From Nitrospinota bacterium (GTDB lineage Bacteria > UBA8248), in the NCBI GenBank assembly GCA_030754595.1, contig JASLZZ010000079.1, positions 1-64,000 of the forward strand: DNA of 64,000 bases, given 5' to 3'. Every line of letters starts with the position of its first letter. Position 1 is the first letter of the stretch. Position numbers and translations under genes: made by a program. Below the pieces are notes generated by a model. The model did no database searches. It saw nothing but the letters and a program-made list of their open reading frames with translations, and was not told the DNA's origin. Of this stretch, positions 19,630 through 29,322 are shown one piece after another.

Positions 19630-21035
19630 CAGCCCCTCAACGCCTCCACCGCGCGCTCCATCGCCATCGAACGCGAGCCCTTGATCAGCACCCAATCGCC
19701 GGGCATCGCCCGCTCCGCCACCCAGGCGGCGGCCTCCTCGGGAGAAGAAAAAACCTCCGCCCGATCAATCGCCATCCCCGCCCGGTGGGCCTCGTTAGCG
19801 GCCAGCCGCATCGCCGGACCGACAGTGGCCAGAAAATCGATATCCGCGCCGGCGGCCGCACGGCCAACCTCCGCGTGAGCGAACTCCTCGAAAGCTCCCA
19901 GCTCTCTCATGTCGCCCAAAACCGCGAAGGCCCGGCCAGCCCCCTTGAGTTCGCACACCGTTTCGATCGCCATTCGGACTGAAGTTGGGTTCGCGTTATA
20001 GGCGTCGTTCAGAAGGAAAATCCCTCCAGCAAGATCCTCGACGCCTAGCCGCATGGCCGGGGGAGCCGCCTCCTCCAGGCCGCGGACGATTTCTTCAAGT
20101 GGGCTTCCAAGCTCCGATGCCGCGGCCGCGGCCGCCAGTGCGTTCAGGGCGTTGTGGCGTCCAACCACTGGCAGACGGACTTCCTCCTCACCGCCACCGA
20201 TTCGGATTCGAAAAGAGACCTCCCCGCGTTCCGACATCTGAACGTTCGCCGCACAGAGATCGTTTTTCGCCTCGAAACCAAATGTAAGAACGCGGCCCCC
20301 TTGCGCCCTAAACCGGTCGGCCAGAACGGCACACTGAGTATCTTCACCAGGCAGGACGGCCACGCCACCCGTTCCCATTTCCTCGAGAAGCTCTCCCTTC
20401 GCATCGCGGACGGCCTCAATCGAACCGAGCCCCTCGAGATGAACCGGCGCCACCGATGTAATCACGGCGACAGTGGGCGTCGCGATTTCCGCCAGGCGGC
20501 GAATCTCCCCCGGACGGTTCATGCCCATTTCGAAAACCGCCCGTTCATGCTCCGGACCCAGCCCGAGCACCTGGAGCGGCAAACCGATGAAATTGTTCAG
20601 ATTCCCCTCCGATTTCAGCGTTTCAGCCCCCTCAGCCAGGATCGCGCCGATCATTTCCTTGGCCGTGGTTTTTCCATTGCTACCGGTCACCGCTACAACG
20701 GGCAGTTCAAACCGCCCCCTGTGGTACCGGGCAAGATCGCCCAACGCCCCGAGGGTGTCCTCCACTTCCACGATAAAGCCGCCCTCCGGCTCCTCCCGCG
20801 AGCGCCCTCGCCCGGCGAGGCACCCCGCGGCCCCGCTCTCGAAAGCGGTCTTGATGAAATCGTGGCCGTCGAAATTCGGCCCAGAGATCGGAACGAAAAG
20901 TTCACCCGTTTGCAGGGAACGCGAGTCCGTGCTCACCCCTGATGCCTTCATTTCGCCCTCGCCCCGCACCAAGCTCCCCGAAACCGCCTCTTCGACTTCA
21001 ATTGCGCTAAATCCCGCCGCCATATACGCCAGCAT
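19629..21035 (-). CDS. murF: UDP-N-acetylmuramoyl-tripeptide--D-Ala-D-Ala ligase
   Basis: TGSNGKTT, EMGMNRPGEI, DAYNANP, KGSR; TGATG coupling with murE. Confidence 0.96.
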   Translation of the reverse strand: MLAYMAAGFSAIEVEEAVSGSLVRGEGEMKASGVSTDSRSLQTGELFVPISGPNFDGHDFIKTAFESGAAGCLAGRGRSREEPEGGFIVEVEDTLGALGDLARYHRGRFELPVVAVTGSNGKTTAKEMIGAILAEGAETLKSEGNLNNFIGLPLQVLGLGPEHERAVFEMGMNRPGEIRRLAEIATPTVAVITSVAPVHLEGLGSIEAVRDAKGELLEEMGTGGVAVLPGEDTQCAVLADRFRAQGGRVLTFGFEAKNDLCAANVQMSERGEVSFRIRIGGGEEEVRLPVVGRHNALNALAAAAAASELGSPLEEIVRGLEEAAPPAMRLGVEDLAGGIFLLNDAYNANPTSVRMAIETVCELKGAGRAFAVLGDMRELGAFEEFAHAEVGRAAAGADIDFLATVGPAMRLAANEAHRAGMAIDRAEVFSSPEEAAAWVAERAMPGDWVLIKGSRSMAMERAVEALRG

Positions 21036-22543
21036 CACTGCCCATACCCCAAAAGACGCAACGCTCCACGCGCCACTTCGCAATCGTCAAACGGCAATTG
21101 CCGGTCTCCGATTTCCTGATAGGTTTCGTGTCCTTTTCCGGCGATTACCACGGTGTCGTCACAGCGGGCTTCGGCAACGATGCTCTGAATCGCCTCGCGC
21201 CGATCCACTATGGTGCACGAGCGCTCCCTTCCCCTCTCAACGAGGTCGGCGCCCGCTTCCGTCTCGCGAAGAATGGCCTCTGGGTCTTCCGTCCGTGGGT
21301 TGTCGGAGGTCATGAACACCCGATCGCTCGCCCGGAGCGCCGCCGCCGCCATCAACGGCCGTTTTCTCCGATCACGGTCGCCGCCACAGCCCATCAACGT
21401 TAAAAGGCGGCCTTTCGTCACCGGCCGAGCAACCTCCAGCGCCCGCGCAAGGGCATCCTCGGTGTGGGCATAATCGACGACCACGAGAAAAGGTTGCCCC
21501 ACGTCCACTTTCTCGAAACGGCCCGGCACATTTTCCAGCGTGCGCACCCCCTCGGCGATCTCTCCGGGAGCAAGCCCCAACGCCATACAAGCCGCGGAAG
21601 CAGCGAGGATGTTGCTCGCATTGTGGTGTCCGATGAGCGAAGATTCGATCTTCTCCCGCCCCCCGGGATAAGTCAGTTCGAAATCCATCCCCCCGGCGGT
21701 GACGGAAAGCCCCTCGGCTCCCACATCCGCCTCGCCGGAGAAGCCGTAGCTTCTGACATCTCCAACAGCCTCGGACGCAATTACTTTTCCGAACGGGTCG
21801 TCCGTATTCAAAACCGAAACTTCAGGGGCCATTTCCGTGAACAAACGCAACTTGGCCTGAAAATAGCTTTCCATGTCCCCGTGAAAATCGAGATGATCCT
21901 GCGTCAGGTTGGTGAACACCGCGACCTTGAACGAGCATCCCAGAACACGCTTAAGCTCCAGGGCATGGCTCGAAACCTCCATCACGGCATGCCCTGCCCC
22001 CGCCTTGAGCATCTTGGCCAGATAATACTGAAGGTCGGGGGCCTCGGAGGTCGTCCTGGGATTAGCGATAATCTCGCTCCCCACGCGGTAATGAATAGTC
22101 CCCATCAAACCGGTGACACGGCTCGACGCCCGCAAAATGGCGTCAATCAAAAACGCTGTCGTCGTTTTTCCGTTCGTCCCGGTCACTCCGGCAAGAGCCA
22201 AGTCCCCGGAGGGATGCCCATAGAAAGCATCTGCAAGCAGAGCCATCGCTTCCCGGCAGGAGGGAACCAAGAGGAAGGGAACATCCTTGGGGATATCATC
22301 CACCAACCGTTCCAGGACGAGAGCGACGGCGCCCGACGCAACCGCGGTGGCGGCGAAATCATGCCCGTCCGCCTCGAAGCCCGGCACCGCGACGAAAAGA
22401 TCTCCCGGGCCGGCGCGGCGGGAGTCGAATGCCACTCCGCTAACCTCCGCGCCCCCATCGCCCTCGATTCGCGCTCCCGGGATCGCCTGGGCCAACTCAA
22501 AGAGGAAAGCTCTTCGGTTTTCTGTCATCACATTCACGCTCAA
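21035..22543 (-). CDS. murE: UDP-N-acetylmuramoyl-dipeptide--meso-diaminopimelate ligase
   Basis: TGTNGKTT, MEVSSHAL, DYAHT, DNPR (DAP-specific motif), AGKGHE. Confidence 0.97.
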   Translation of the reverse strand: MSVNVMTENRRAFLFELAQAIPGARIEGDGGAEVSGVAFDSRRAGPGDLFVAVPGFEADGHDFAATAVASGAVALVLERLVDDIPKDVPFLLVPSCREAMALLADAFYGHPSGDLALAGVTGTNGKTTTAFLIDAILRASSRVTGLMGTIHYRVGSEIIANPRTTSEAPDLQYYLAKMLKAGAGHAVMEVSSHALELKRVLGCSFKVAVFTNLTQDHLDFHGDMESYFQAKLRLFTEMAPEVSVLNTDDPFGKVIASEAVGDVRSYGFSGEADVGAEGLSVTAGGMDFELTYPGGREKIESSLIGHHNASNILAASAACMALGLAPGEIAEGVRTLENVPGRFEKVDVGQPFLVVVDYAHTEDALARALEVARPVTKGRLLTLMGCGGDRDRRKRPLMAAAALRASDRVFMTSDNPRTEDPEAILRETEAGADLVERGRERSCTIVDRREAIQSIVAEARCDDTVVIAGKGHETYQEIGDRQLPFDDCEVARGALRLLGYGQ

Positions 22544-24387
22544 CGCACCCGCTCCGGTTGCCTCGGATAAACCGGTCGGTCGTGAAGCACATCCCGGACC
22601 CTCTCCACCATGCGAAATGCTCTTTCACCAAACGAGACCTTCTCGGCCCGCGCCTGGCGGCCCGAGGGCAATATTTCGTCACGCAGGGTTACGACCCGGG
22701 CGCCCTCGGGCGGCACCCTGAGATAGCGCATTGTCTGCCACGCGATTCGCTTCCAAGCCGGCGCGGCGATAGTCGATCCCCATGCCGCACCCCTGATCTT
22801 TCCTTCATCAAAGACGACGAGGAGAGCGATACGGGGGTCTTTATAAGGAATGAAACCTGCGAAAGATGTGATGAATTTTGTCTTGCTGTAGCCCCTGATG
22901 CCCGGTTCCGCCTTTTGCGCGGTTCCCGTTTTTCCGGCAGCGCCGTAGCCGGGAACCTCCGCGGACACTCCCGTCCCGTGAGTGACCACCTTTCTGAGAA
23001 TCCCGCCGAGCTTTTTCGCATGGGAGGCGGAAATTACCCGCTTTGGCCGCGAGGCCCCGATCCGCCTCCGGAAAAAACCGATTTTTTCAACGGCCTCGAC
23101 AATCCGGGGCCGATTCATGAGACCGCCATTCGCCACCGCCGCCACGGCCATCACCATTTGAAGCGGCGTCACGCCGACTTCCTGCCCGATGGAGATCGAG
23201 GCGAGCGATGTGCTCGACCAACGTTTCACCGGCCGGAGTATCCCTTTTGACTCTCCTGGAAAATCAATCCCGCTCTTTGAACCGAAGCCGAACCGGCGGG
23301 CCATCCGGTGGATCCGCGACGCTCCCACGTCCATGGCCATCTTGTAGGTGCCGATGTTCGAGGAGTTCACGATCACTCCCTCGGCCGTCAACCATCCGTA
23401 TTTTTTGTGATCCCGGAGGACAAGGTGACTTCTCCCGATCGGAAATCTACCGTTCTCCGCAAAATAGCTCCTGCTCAGTTTTCCGCCCGAATCCAAGTAG
23501 GCGGCCGCCGTAATAATCTTGAATGTCGAACCCGGCTCGTAGATGTTTTGGACGGCATCTTGCTTCCAGCGCTCGGGTTTGTAGCTACCGTAGGTATTGG
23601 GGTTGTAGCCCGGAACGGTGGCCATCGAAAGAATTCGGCCGGTGGCCGGTTCCACCATCACGCCGATAGCCCGCCGCGCGCCCGAGCGTTCGAGTTGGAG
23701 CGTCAACTCTTTTTCGACGATGTACTGGATTACTTCGTCCACCGTCAGACGAATGTCCGCGCCGGGATCGGATTGGGCGACAACGGTGGCCTCGGGATGG
23801 ATCGAGCGTCCTCTTGCGTCCCTCTCGATTCGGATCCGGCCGGGCCTCCCCTTCATATCCGCGTCGCGGGCCAACTCGACCCCGGCCAGCCCGTTTTCGT
23901 CAACACCAACGAACCCGAGCAGGGAGGAAGCCATTTCTCTTTTCGGATAAAACCGGCGGCTTTCGGTGACGAATCCCAGCCCCGGCTCCTTGAGAGCGGC
24001 CACCTGGTCCTTTTGTTCGGGGGTCAGTTTCCGCTTCAACCAGACATAACTGCCGCGCCGCCTCAACTTTTTATTGAGTTTCGCCGGAGGAAGGCCCAGG
24101 ATTTTAGACAGCCTCCGGGACACCATCACGGGATTTTTCACCTCCCTTGGATTCGCATAGAGAGAAAACGCATCCATGCTTACCGCAAGGGGGCGTCCCC
24201 TATCGTCGAGGATATCCCCGCGCTTGGCGCGGACCCGGAGTGTGCGGCGAAGCTGCCGATCGGCATAGGCGGCGAGGCGACCCCGGTCCCGAATTTGAAT
24301 AACGAGAAGCTTAACGACAAGCGCACCGAATCCGAGGCCGACGAGGACACCGCATGCAATCAGGCGTACGGAGAAACCCTTCTTCAT
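22540..24387 (-). CDS. ftsI: Penicillin-binding protein 3 / FtsI
   Basis: RGDILD, EPGSTFK (SxxK), SSN, KTGT. Confidence 0.95.
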   Translation of the reverse strand: MKKGFSVRLIACGVLVGLGFGALVVKLLVIQIRDRGRLAAYADRQLRRTLRVRAKRGDILDDRGRPLAVSMDAFSLYANPREVKNPVMVSRRLSKILGLPPAKLNKKLRRRGSYVWLKRKLTPEQKDQVAALKEPGLGFVTESRRFYPKREMASSLLGFVGVDENGLAGVELARDADMKGRPGRIRIERDARGRSIHPEATVVAQSDPGADIRLTVDEVIQYIVEKELTLQLERSGARRAIGVMVEPATGRILSMATVPGYNPNTYGSYKPERWKQDAVQNIYEPGSTFKIITAAAYLDSGGKLSRSYFAENGRFPIGRSHLVLRDHKKYGWLTAEGVIVNSSNIGTYKMAMDVGASRIHRMARRFGFGSKSGIDFPGESKGILRPVKRWSSTSLASISIGQEVGVTPLQMVMAVAAVANGGLMNRPRIVEAVEKIGFFRRRIGASRPKRVISASHAKKLGGILRKVVTHGTGVSAEVPGYGAAGKTGTAQKAEPGIRGYSKTKFITSFAGFIPYKDPRIALLVVFDEGKIRGAAWGSTIAAPAWKRIAWQTMRYLRVPPEGARVVTLRDEILPSGRQARAEKVSFGERAFRMVERVRDVLHDRPVYPRQPERVR

Positions 24388-24440
24388 GGCCCGCTTCCTG
24401 GTCCGGGCGGAGGTGGATCACAATAAAAATATAAAAAGTA

Positions 24441-24779
24441 TTAAGGATGCCGGGTCGGGACCATCACATACACCACCTGGTCCTTATCCGGGAAAACCAT
24501 CCCCAGCTTGTTCCGGGCAATTGCCTCGATGCGATCAAGCTGGCGAAGTGCCGCCGCCTCGACTCTGAGAACCCTGCGTTCCTGAGACAAGGCGTTGCGC
24601 TCTGCCGTTAAGCGAGCGGCTTCGTATCCAATTCTCACCATCTCCAGATGCGGCCACGCCAAGGCCAAGGCGCTGACCGCCAAGGCGCCGATGCAAAAAG
24701 CGGCCCTGGAAACGGGTATTTCAAACTTCCACCGCAGCCTCGAGCGAACGCGGCCTTTCGGCCCAAACCCGCTCGCCAT
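24441..24779 (-). CDS. ftsL: Cell division protein FtsL
   Basis: TM helix plus coiled coil and RIEAIARNKLGM; between rsmH and ftsI. Confidence 0.85.
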   Translation of the reverse strand: MASGFGPKGRVRSRLRWKFEIPVSRAAFCIGALAVSALALAWPHLEMVRIGYEAARLTAERNALSQERRVLRVEAAALRQLDRIEAIARNKLGMVFPDKDQVVYVMVPTRHP

Positions 24780-25703
24780 TTAGGCGCTTTCGAGTTTCTC
24801 CGCCGCCCTGAGCCTGGCGCTCCGGGATCGGGGGTTCGAGGCGACCTCGTCTCTTCCGGGACGAATGACTTTTCTGGTCAAAATATCGATAGACGCGGGC
24901 CTATCACCGTCTCTGGCGATCTCTCGAAAAACATTTTTCACAATCCGATCCTCGAGCGAATGAAAACTAATGACGGCGATTCGGCCACCGGGGCGGAGGA
25001 GGTCCACCGCATTGCGCAGCGCGCCTTCGAGCGTTTCCATCTCGCGGTTGAGTGCAATGCGAAGCGCCTGGAAGGTGCGCGTCGCCGGATGGATACGCCA
25101 CCTCCCGCGCTTTCCGCCGCCGCTCCCTGCGACGACGGAAACTACCACAGCGGCAAGCTCATCGCAGCGCTCCAGTGGCTTGCGCGCGCGGGCCCGCCCG
25201 ATCGCCCGCGCGATAGCGCGAGATTTGCGCTCTTCACCAAATTCATAAATGAGGTTGGCAAGTTCTTTTTCGGGAAGTCCGTTCACCAAATCGGCCGCCG
25301 TCGGGCCGCCGGTTTGATCCATTCTCATGTCGAGGCTGTCGGCCGAGTCGATCCTAAACCCCCGGCCCGGAGTGTCGAGCTGGATCGAGGACAGGCCCAG
25401 GTCAAACAAGACAGCGTCCACCGCCTCGTACCCTTCCTCGGCGACAATTCGCTTGATTTCGGAATGGTGGGCATGGTGGAGTCTGGCGCTGGGGCCGAAG
25501 GAGGCCAAGCGCCGCCTCGCCTCATTTACCGCGTCTACGTCCCGGTCACAGCCGATCAGCACACCCGATGGCTGAGTCGCCTCCAGAACCGCAAAACTGT
25601 GCCCTCCTCCGCCCAAGGTAGTATCCAAGGACACAGCTCCTGGAGCTGGTGACAGGAAGTCAAGGACTTCCCGAACCATGACCGGAACGTGAGACGCGGT
25701 CAT
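24780..25703 (-). CDS. rsmH: 16S rRNA m4C1402 methyltransferase
   Basis: HVPVM, TLGGGGH, DLGLSS, HPATRTFQALRI, FHSLEDR, NPRSRSA; start set to ATG 25703. Confidence 0.97.
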   Translation of the reverse strand: MTASHVPVMVREVLDFLSPAPGAVSLDTTLGGGGHSFAVLEATQPSGVLIGCDRDVDAVNEARRRLASFGPSARLHHAHHSEIKRIVAEEGYEAVDAVLFDLGLSSIQLDTPGRGFRIDSADSLDMRMDQTGGPTAADLVNGLPEKELANLIYEFGEERKSRAIARAIGRARARKPLERCDELAAVVVSVVAGSGGGKRGRWRIHPATRTFQALRIALNREMETLEGALRNAVDLLRPGGRIAVISFHSLEDRIVKNVFREIARDGDRPASIDILTRKVIRPGRDEVASNPRSRSARLRAAEKLESA

Positions 25704-25827
25704 TTTCTTCTCAAAGAAGGAGGGCCGCCCGAGCAGGCGGTCTCCCTCCGAATATTGGACTTTCAAGGTGGTCGTCACAAAAGCCCCCCCTTTTGAAGCT
25801 TTGCGCCGAAATGCCTTGGACCGGGAT

Positions 25828-26277
25828 TTAAAACTCCAGCTCTATCGGGCCCTCGCCCTCGCCGGTGGTTTCAAGCTCCGGAGGCTCCTCCCGCATCATC
25901 TGCTCCCAGCGCTCCCGGCCCCAAATCTCGAACTTGCTCTCAAGGCCGACGATGATGGCCTCTTTTTCGATTCCCGCCGCTTCCCTCAAGCGGGCGGGCA
26001 TCAAGATTCTCCCCTGCTTGTCGATTTCGACGGGAACCGCCTTCCCGTACATCTGCCTCACGTAGCGGCGGACACTCTCCCGGTGTGTGGGCAAATCGCG
26101 AAACCGCTCGCTAAATCTTCTCTGCCACTCCTCCTGGGGATAGGCGAAGATGCACCCGTCCATATCCAAAAGAATGAGCCGATCCCCAAACTTGGCATTC
26201 AGAAATTCCCTGAACCGGGCGGGGATACTGACGCGTCCCTTCGCGTCTATTGAAACTACATGGGAGCTAATTAGCAT
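25828..26277 (-). CDS. mraZ: dcw transcriptional repressor MraZ
   Basis: Two DxxGR motifs (DAKGRVSIP, DKQGRILMP). Confidence 0.95.
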   Translation of the reverse strand: MLISSHVVSIDAKGRVSIPARFREFLNAKFGDRLILLDMDGCIFAYPQEEWQRRFSERFRDLPTHRESVRRYVRQMYGKAVPVEIDKQGRILMPARLREAAGIEKEAIIVGLESKFEIWGRERWEQMMREEPPELETTGEGEGPIELEF

Positions 26278-26288
26278 CGCTTTGCTTC

Positions 26289-26313
26289 CCCACCATCTCC
26301 CACTTTTTCCCAC
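26289..26313 (-). promoter_or_regulatory. MraZ operator: three GTGGG direct repeats at 10-bp spacing
   Basis: GTGGGAAAAA-GTGGGAGATG-GTGGG immediately upstream of mraZ; matches the known MraZ site architecture. Confidence 0.85.
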
Positions 26314-26324
26314 CAATGAGTTCA

Positions 26325-26353
26325 CATATAAACCCTTGACAAGGGAGTGTCAA
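26325..26353 (-). promoter_or_regulatory. Putative dcw promoter
   Basis: TTGACA-N17-TATATG; the spacer contains the palindrome CCCTTG-T-CAAGGG. Confidence 0.5.
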
Positions 26354-26642
26354 CATGAAATTTACGGAATTCAAGGAAAATCAAAGATTTTCAAGAATTA
26401 TTTAGGGGTGGAACAGATTGTATCGGGGAGGTCACATATAACGAATAAAAAGCGATTACTACAAGCTATATCGTTAAAATTCCAAAAAACGATGAAAAAA
26501 CACCATATATTGTATAGGTGGTAAAAAGTGGGGAATTACTTTCACTAGAAGGTGAGGAAAAATTATTGGAAAAAAAATTTAAAATTCAAGCCGCTTGGCG
26601 ATGATCTCTCATTTTGGCCCTCCATCGAGCGCGGTTATAGAG

Positions 26643-27383
26643 TTAGCCCCACCAAGCCGAAGCAATCAGCAGCGCCACCACTTCAACAATTTCTCCGGCC
26701 GCCGCGTGGACATCCCCGCGACATTCCCGGCCCTCGGTGGCACGCCTCAGCCCTATCACAACTACTCCCGCCCCTAGCGCGACCACGGCCCCCCCGATGA
26801 ACCCGAATACCAGGCACACCGCAAAAGACCAGACTAAGGCTGCATGCGCCTCGTTAGCCGTGGCCTCGGCCGTGAGTTCCGCGGCTCCTTCCGGCGGTTC
26901 GCCCGTCCCGGGAATCTGGACCAGCAAATAAGCCATCGCCGCCCGGCCGAGGGTGGGGGCGAGAATCAGGGCGGACCATCTACCCCTGGCAGGCAGGGAA
27001 AGAAGGACGGAGAATTTGAGGAGGAGGATTCCCATAATGGCGGCCCCGCCCGGGGTAGTAGCCGGGGAGTCCCCACCGCCGTACAGGCCATCGGTGAGCG
27101 CACCTAACGCCCGGATCTGAACTCTTCCCGAAAGAAAAATCAAACCGGCGACGAGAATAGCGTCCCGGACGGCCAAATGAAAAATAACGCTCAATGCCCA
27201 ATCGCCCGCAACCAGAACGAGGCCCATCATCAAGCCCACGAGAGGGAACCGCCTGAGCGCCGAGCGCGCCTCGCCGGGGCCATACTCCTCCGGCGGAGAG
27301 GGCCAGGGAATGATTGTGAGAAATCGGTTGGCCAGGGCAAAGGCCTTCACGGTGAGAACTCCCATGAAGTCGAACGGGCGCAC
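26643..27383 (-). CDS. CobS-family (adenosylcobinamide-GDP ribazoletransferase-like) membrane protein, degenerate
   Basis: FLTIIP, FPLVGL, LLLKF and GDVxAAxGEIVE segments and the TM pattern fit CobS, but the HxDGxxD motif is missing. Confidence 0.7.
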   Translation of the reverse strand: MRPFDFMGVLTVKAFALANRFLTIIPWPSPPEEYGPGEARSALRRFPLVGLMMGLVLVAGDWALSVIFHLAVRDAILVAGLIFLSGRVQIRALGALTDGLYGGGDSPATTPGGAAIMGILLLKFSVLLSLPARGRWSALILAPTLGRAAMAYLLVQIPGTGEPPEGAAELTAEATANEAHAALVWSFAVCLVFGFIGGAVVALGAGVVVIGLRRATEGRECRGDVHAAAGEIVEVVALLIASAWWG

Positions 27384-27466
27384 AATTCCGGGCGAGGGCG
27401 CTGAGCGGGCTCCCTCCGAGGGGGGCTGTCAGGCCGATCTTACCAAATCCCTTCGGCGAGCGGGGG

Positions 27467-28279
27467 CTAGAAGGAGTGTTCCTCGTCAGGGAATATGCCG
27501 TCCCGGACTTCCTGGCAGAAACGCTCCATCGCCTCTAACGCGTTCTCCCCGAGATCGGAGTAGATTTTGACGAACTTGGGCGTGAAATCCCGAAAAAGGT
27601 TCAACATGTCCTGGGTGACAAGCACCTGTCCGTCACAGTCGGGCCCTGCGCCGATGCCGATGGTGGGGATATCGATCTCCCGGGTAATCCGCTCTCCCAG
27701 TTCGGAGGGAATGCCCTCGAGCACCAGGCTGAACCCACCTCCCTCCTGGACAGCCACCGCGTCACGAAGCACCTGTTCCGCCTCGGCCTCTTTTTTACCC
27801 TGGACCCTGAAACCTCCGAATTGGTGAACGCTCTGGGGAGTGAGCCCTACATGGCCCATGACCGGAATCTGGCACTCGACCAGCGCCCGGATATCGTCCC
27901 TCACCCGGACCCCGCCCTCGAGCTTCACAGCCTCGGCCCCACCCTCGCGGATGAGCCGGCCTGCGTTGAGAATCGTTTCGCTGCGGGTTACCCCAAAGGA
28001 GAGAAATGGCATGTCCGACACCAGCAGGGCATTGGGCTTGGCCCGGCTCACCGCCTTGGTGTGGTGGACCATGTCGTCCATGGTGACATGAGTTGTGTCC
28101 GGATAACCCAGAATCACCATACCCAGGCTGTCTCCAACCAGGATGACATCCACCCCGGCCCCGTCGACGAGCTTCGCGGTCGGATAATCGTAAGCCGTCA
28201 AGGAGGTGATTTTGGTTTTGCCCTTGCGGGCGCGGATGGTTTTGGTGGTGATCTTACGGCGTGTGGAGACGGTGCTCAT
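27467..28279 (-). CDS. panB: 3-methyl-2-oxobutanoate hydroxymethyltransferase
   Basis: LTAYD, LVGDSLGM, VKLEGG, GHVGLTPQ, IGIGAG..CDGQVLV. Confidence 0.98.
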   Translation of the reverse strand: MSTVSTRRKITTKTIRARKGKTKITSLTAYDYPTAKLVDGAGVDVILVGDSLGMVILGYPDTTHVTMDDMVHHTKAVSRAKPNALLVSDMPFLSFGVTRSETILNAGRLIREGGAEAVKLEGGVRVRDDIRALVECQIPVMGHVGLTPQSVHQFGGFRVQGKKEAEAEQVLRDAVAVQEGGGFSLVLEGIPSELGERITREIDIPTIGIGAGPDCDGQVLVTQDMLNLFRDFTPKFVKIYSDLGENALEAMERFCQEVRDGIFPDEEHSF

Positions 28280-28382
28280 GGTCGCTCCCTCCTTGAAGGT
28301 GAACGCCTAGGTATTTGAATTTGCGGGCCGAACAACAACTCCCCCCGTCCGAGGCCCCGCGGGCTCCCGGCGGCGAGTAATA

Positions 28383-28411
28383 AGGTTAGATTTCAGAGGC
28401 CATCCTGTCAA
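28383..28411 (-). promoter_or_regulatory. Putative sigma70 promoter for panB
   Basis: TTGACA-N17-TAACCT. Confidence 0.55.
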
Positions 28412-28451
28412 CAAAGGCTGGAGGGCCTTTCAACAAAACCCGAGGTGTATT

Positions 28452-29321
28452 TCATACCCCTACCCCCCCCAGGCCCCGCCAGATGAGAAGCCCGCCGACG
28501 ACGATGAATATCAGCGACAAAAACGCCTTCATCTTTTCGCCATCCATCCGGCTGTTGATGTAGGGGGAAATCTGCCCGCCGCAAGCCACCGCGGGAATCG
28601 TCATGAAAAGGATGTTCCAGTGCACGTTCAGCTCCCCCGACGAGAAAACATAGGCATGCACCAGGGTGGCCATGAACGCGGTGAAAAAAACGATCATGAT
28701 CCCGGTGCCCACGGCCACACGGACGGGAAGTTTGTTACGGAGTATGAGCGTCGTCGTCGTCAGCTCCCCGATTCCAATTCCCGTCAGGCCAACGAGGATG
28801 CCTCCGAGGCTCGACCATGACACGCCGATGAGACCGTGCTCGTAGGTGTACAAATAGCTCCGGCCCAACGAATCTATCCGGGTCGGCGGGCCCTCGCCCT
28901 CCACCGCCGCCTCATGAAACCCTCCCGCGAGATAGGAATAGAGCATTAGCGCCGAGAGGATGATCATCAGGCCGCCGAGAAATCCGAGAATCAGGTGAGA
29001 GGGAACCCGGTGCGCCAGGAGACCAAACCCCATTCCCACTGGGACCGAAACCGGAAGAACCTTCCCGACGATAGAGAGGTCCACCAGCCGTCGCCTGAGG
29101 TAGCCGATCATCGCGCTACCGAAGCCAAACAACTCGATGGACAAGGCCAGGAAAATAGCCTCTATCGGGACAATCTGAACACCCGCGACAAGCGGAAAAA
29201 CCAGAATGAAGATCGGGGTGAAAAAAACCGCCCCCTCGACGCTCGAACTGGTTGCTATCAGGCAGATGCAAAACGCGACCGGGAGCATCCACCAAAACTC
29301 GAAAATATATTCGAACACCAA
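28452..29321 (-). CDS. Sulfite exporter TauE/SafE family membrane protein
   Basis: About 8 TM helices in two repeats; GILVGLTGIGIG and AVGT motifs. Confidence 0.8.
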   Translation of the reverse strand: MVFEYIFEFWWMLPVAFCICLIATSSSVEGAVFFTPIFILVFPLVAGVQIVPIEAIFLALSIELFGFGSAMIGYLRRRLVDLSIVGKVLPVSVPVGMGFGLLAHRVPSHLILGFLGGLMIILSALMLYSYLAGGFHEAAVEGEGPPTRIDSLGRSYLYTYEHGLIGVSWSSLGGILVGLTGIGIGELTTTTLILRNKLPVRVAVGTGIMIVFFTAFMATLVHAYVFSSGELNVHWNILFMTIPAVACGGQISPYINSRMDGEKMKAFLSLIFIVVGGLLIWRGLGGVGV

Positions 29322-29322
29322 A

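Noticed and set aside
26340..26600. Possible replication origin (AT-rich intergenic region)
   Set aside because: No convincing TTATCCACA DnaA boxes and no dnaA nearby; better explained as the dcw promoter region.
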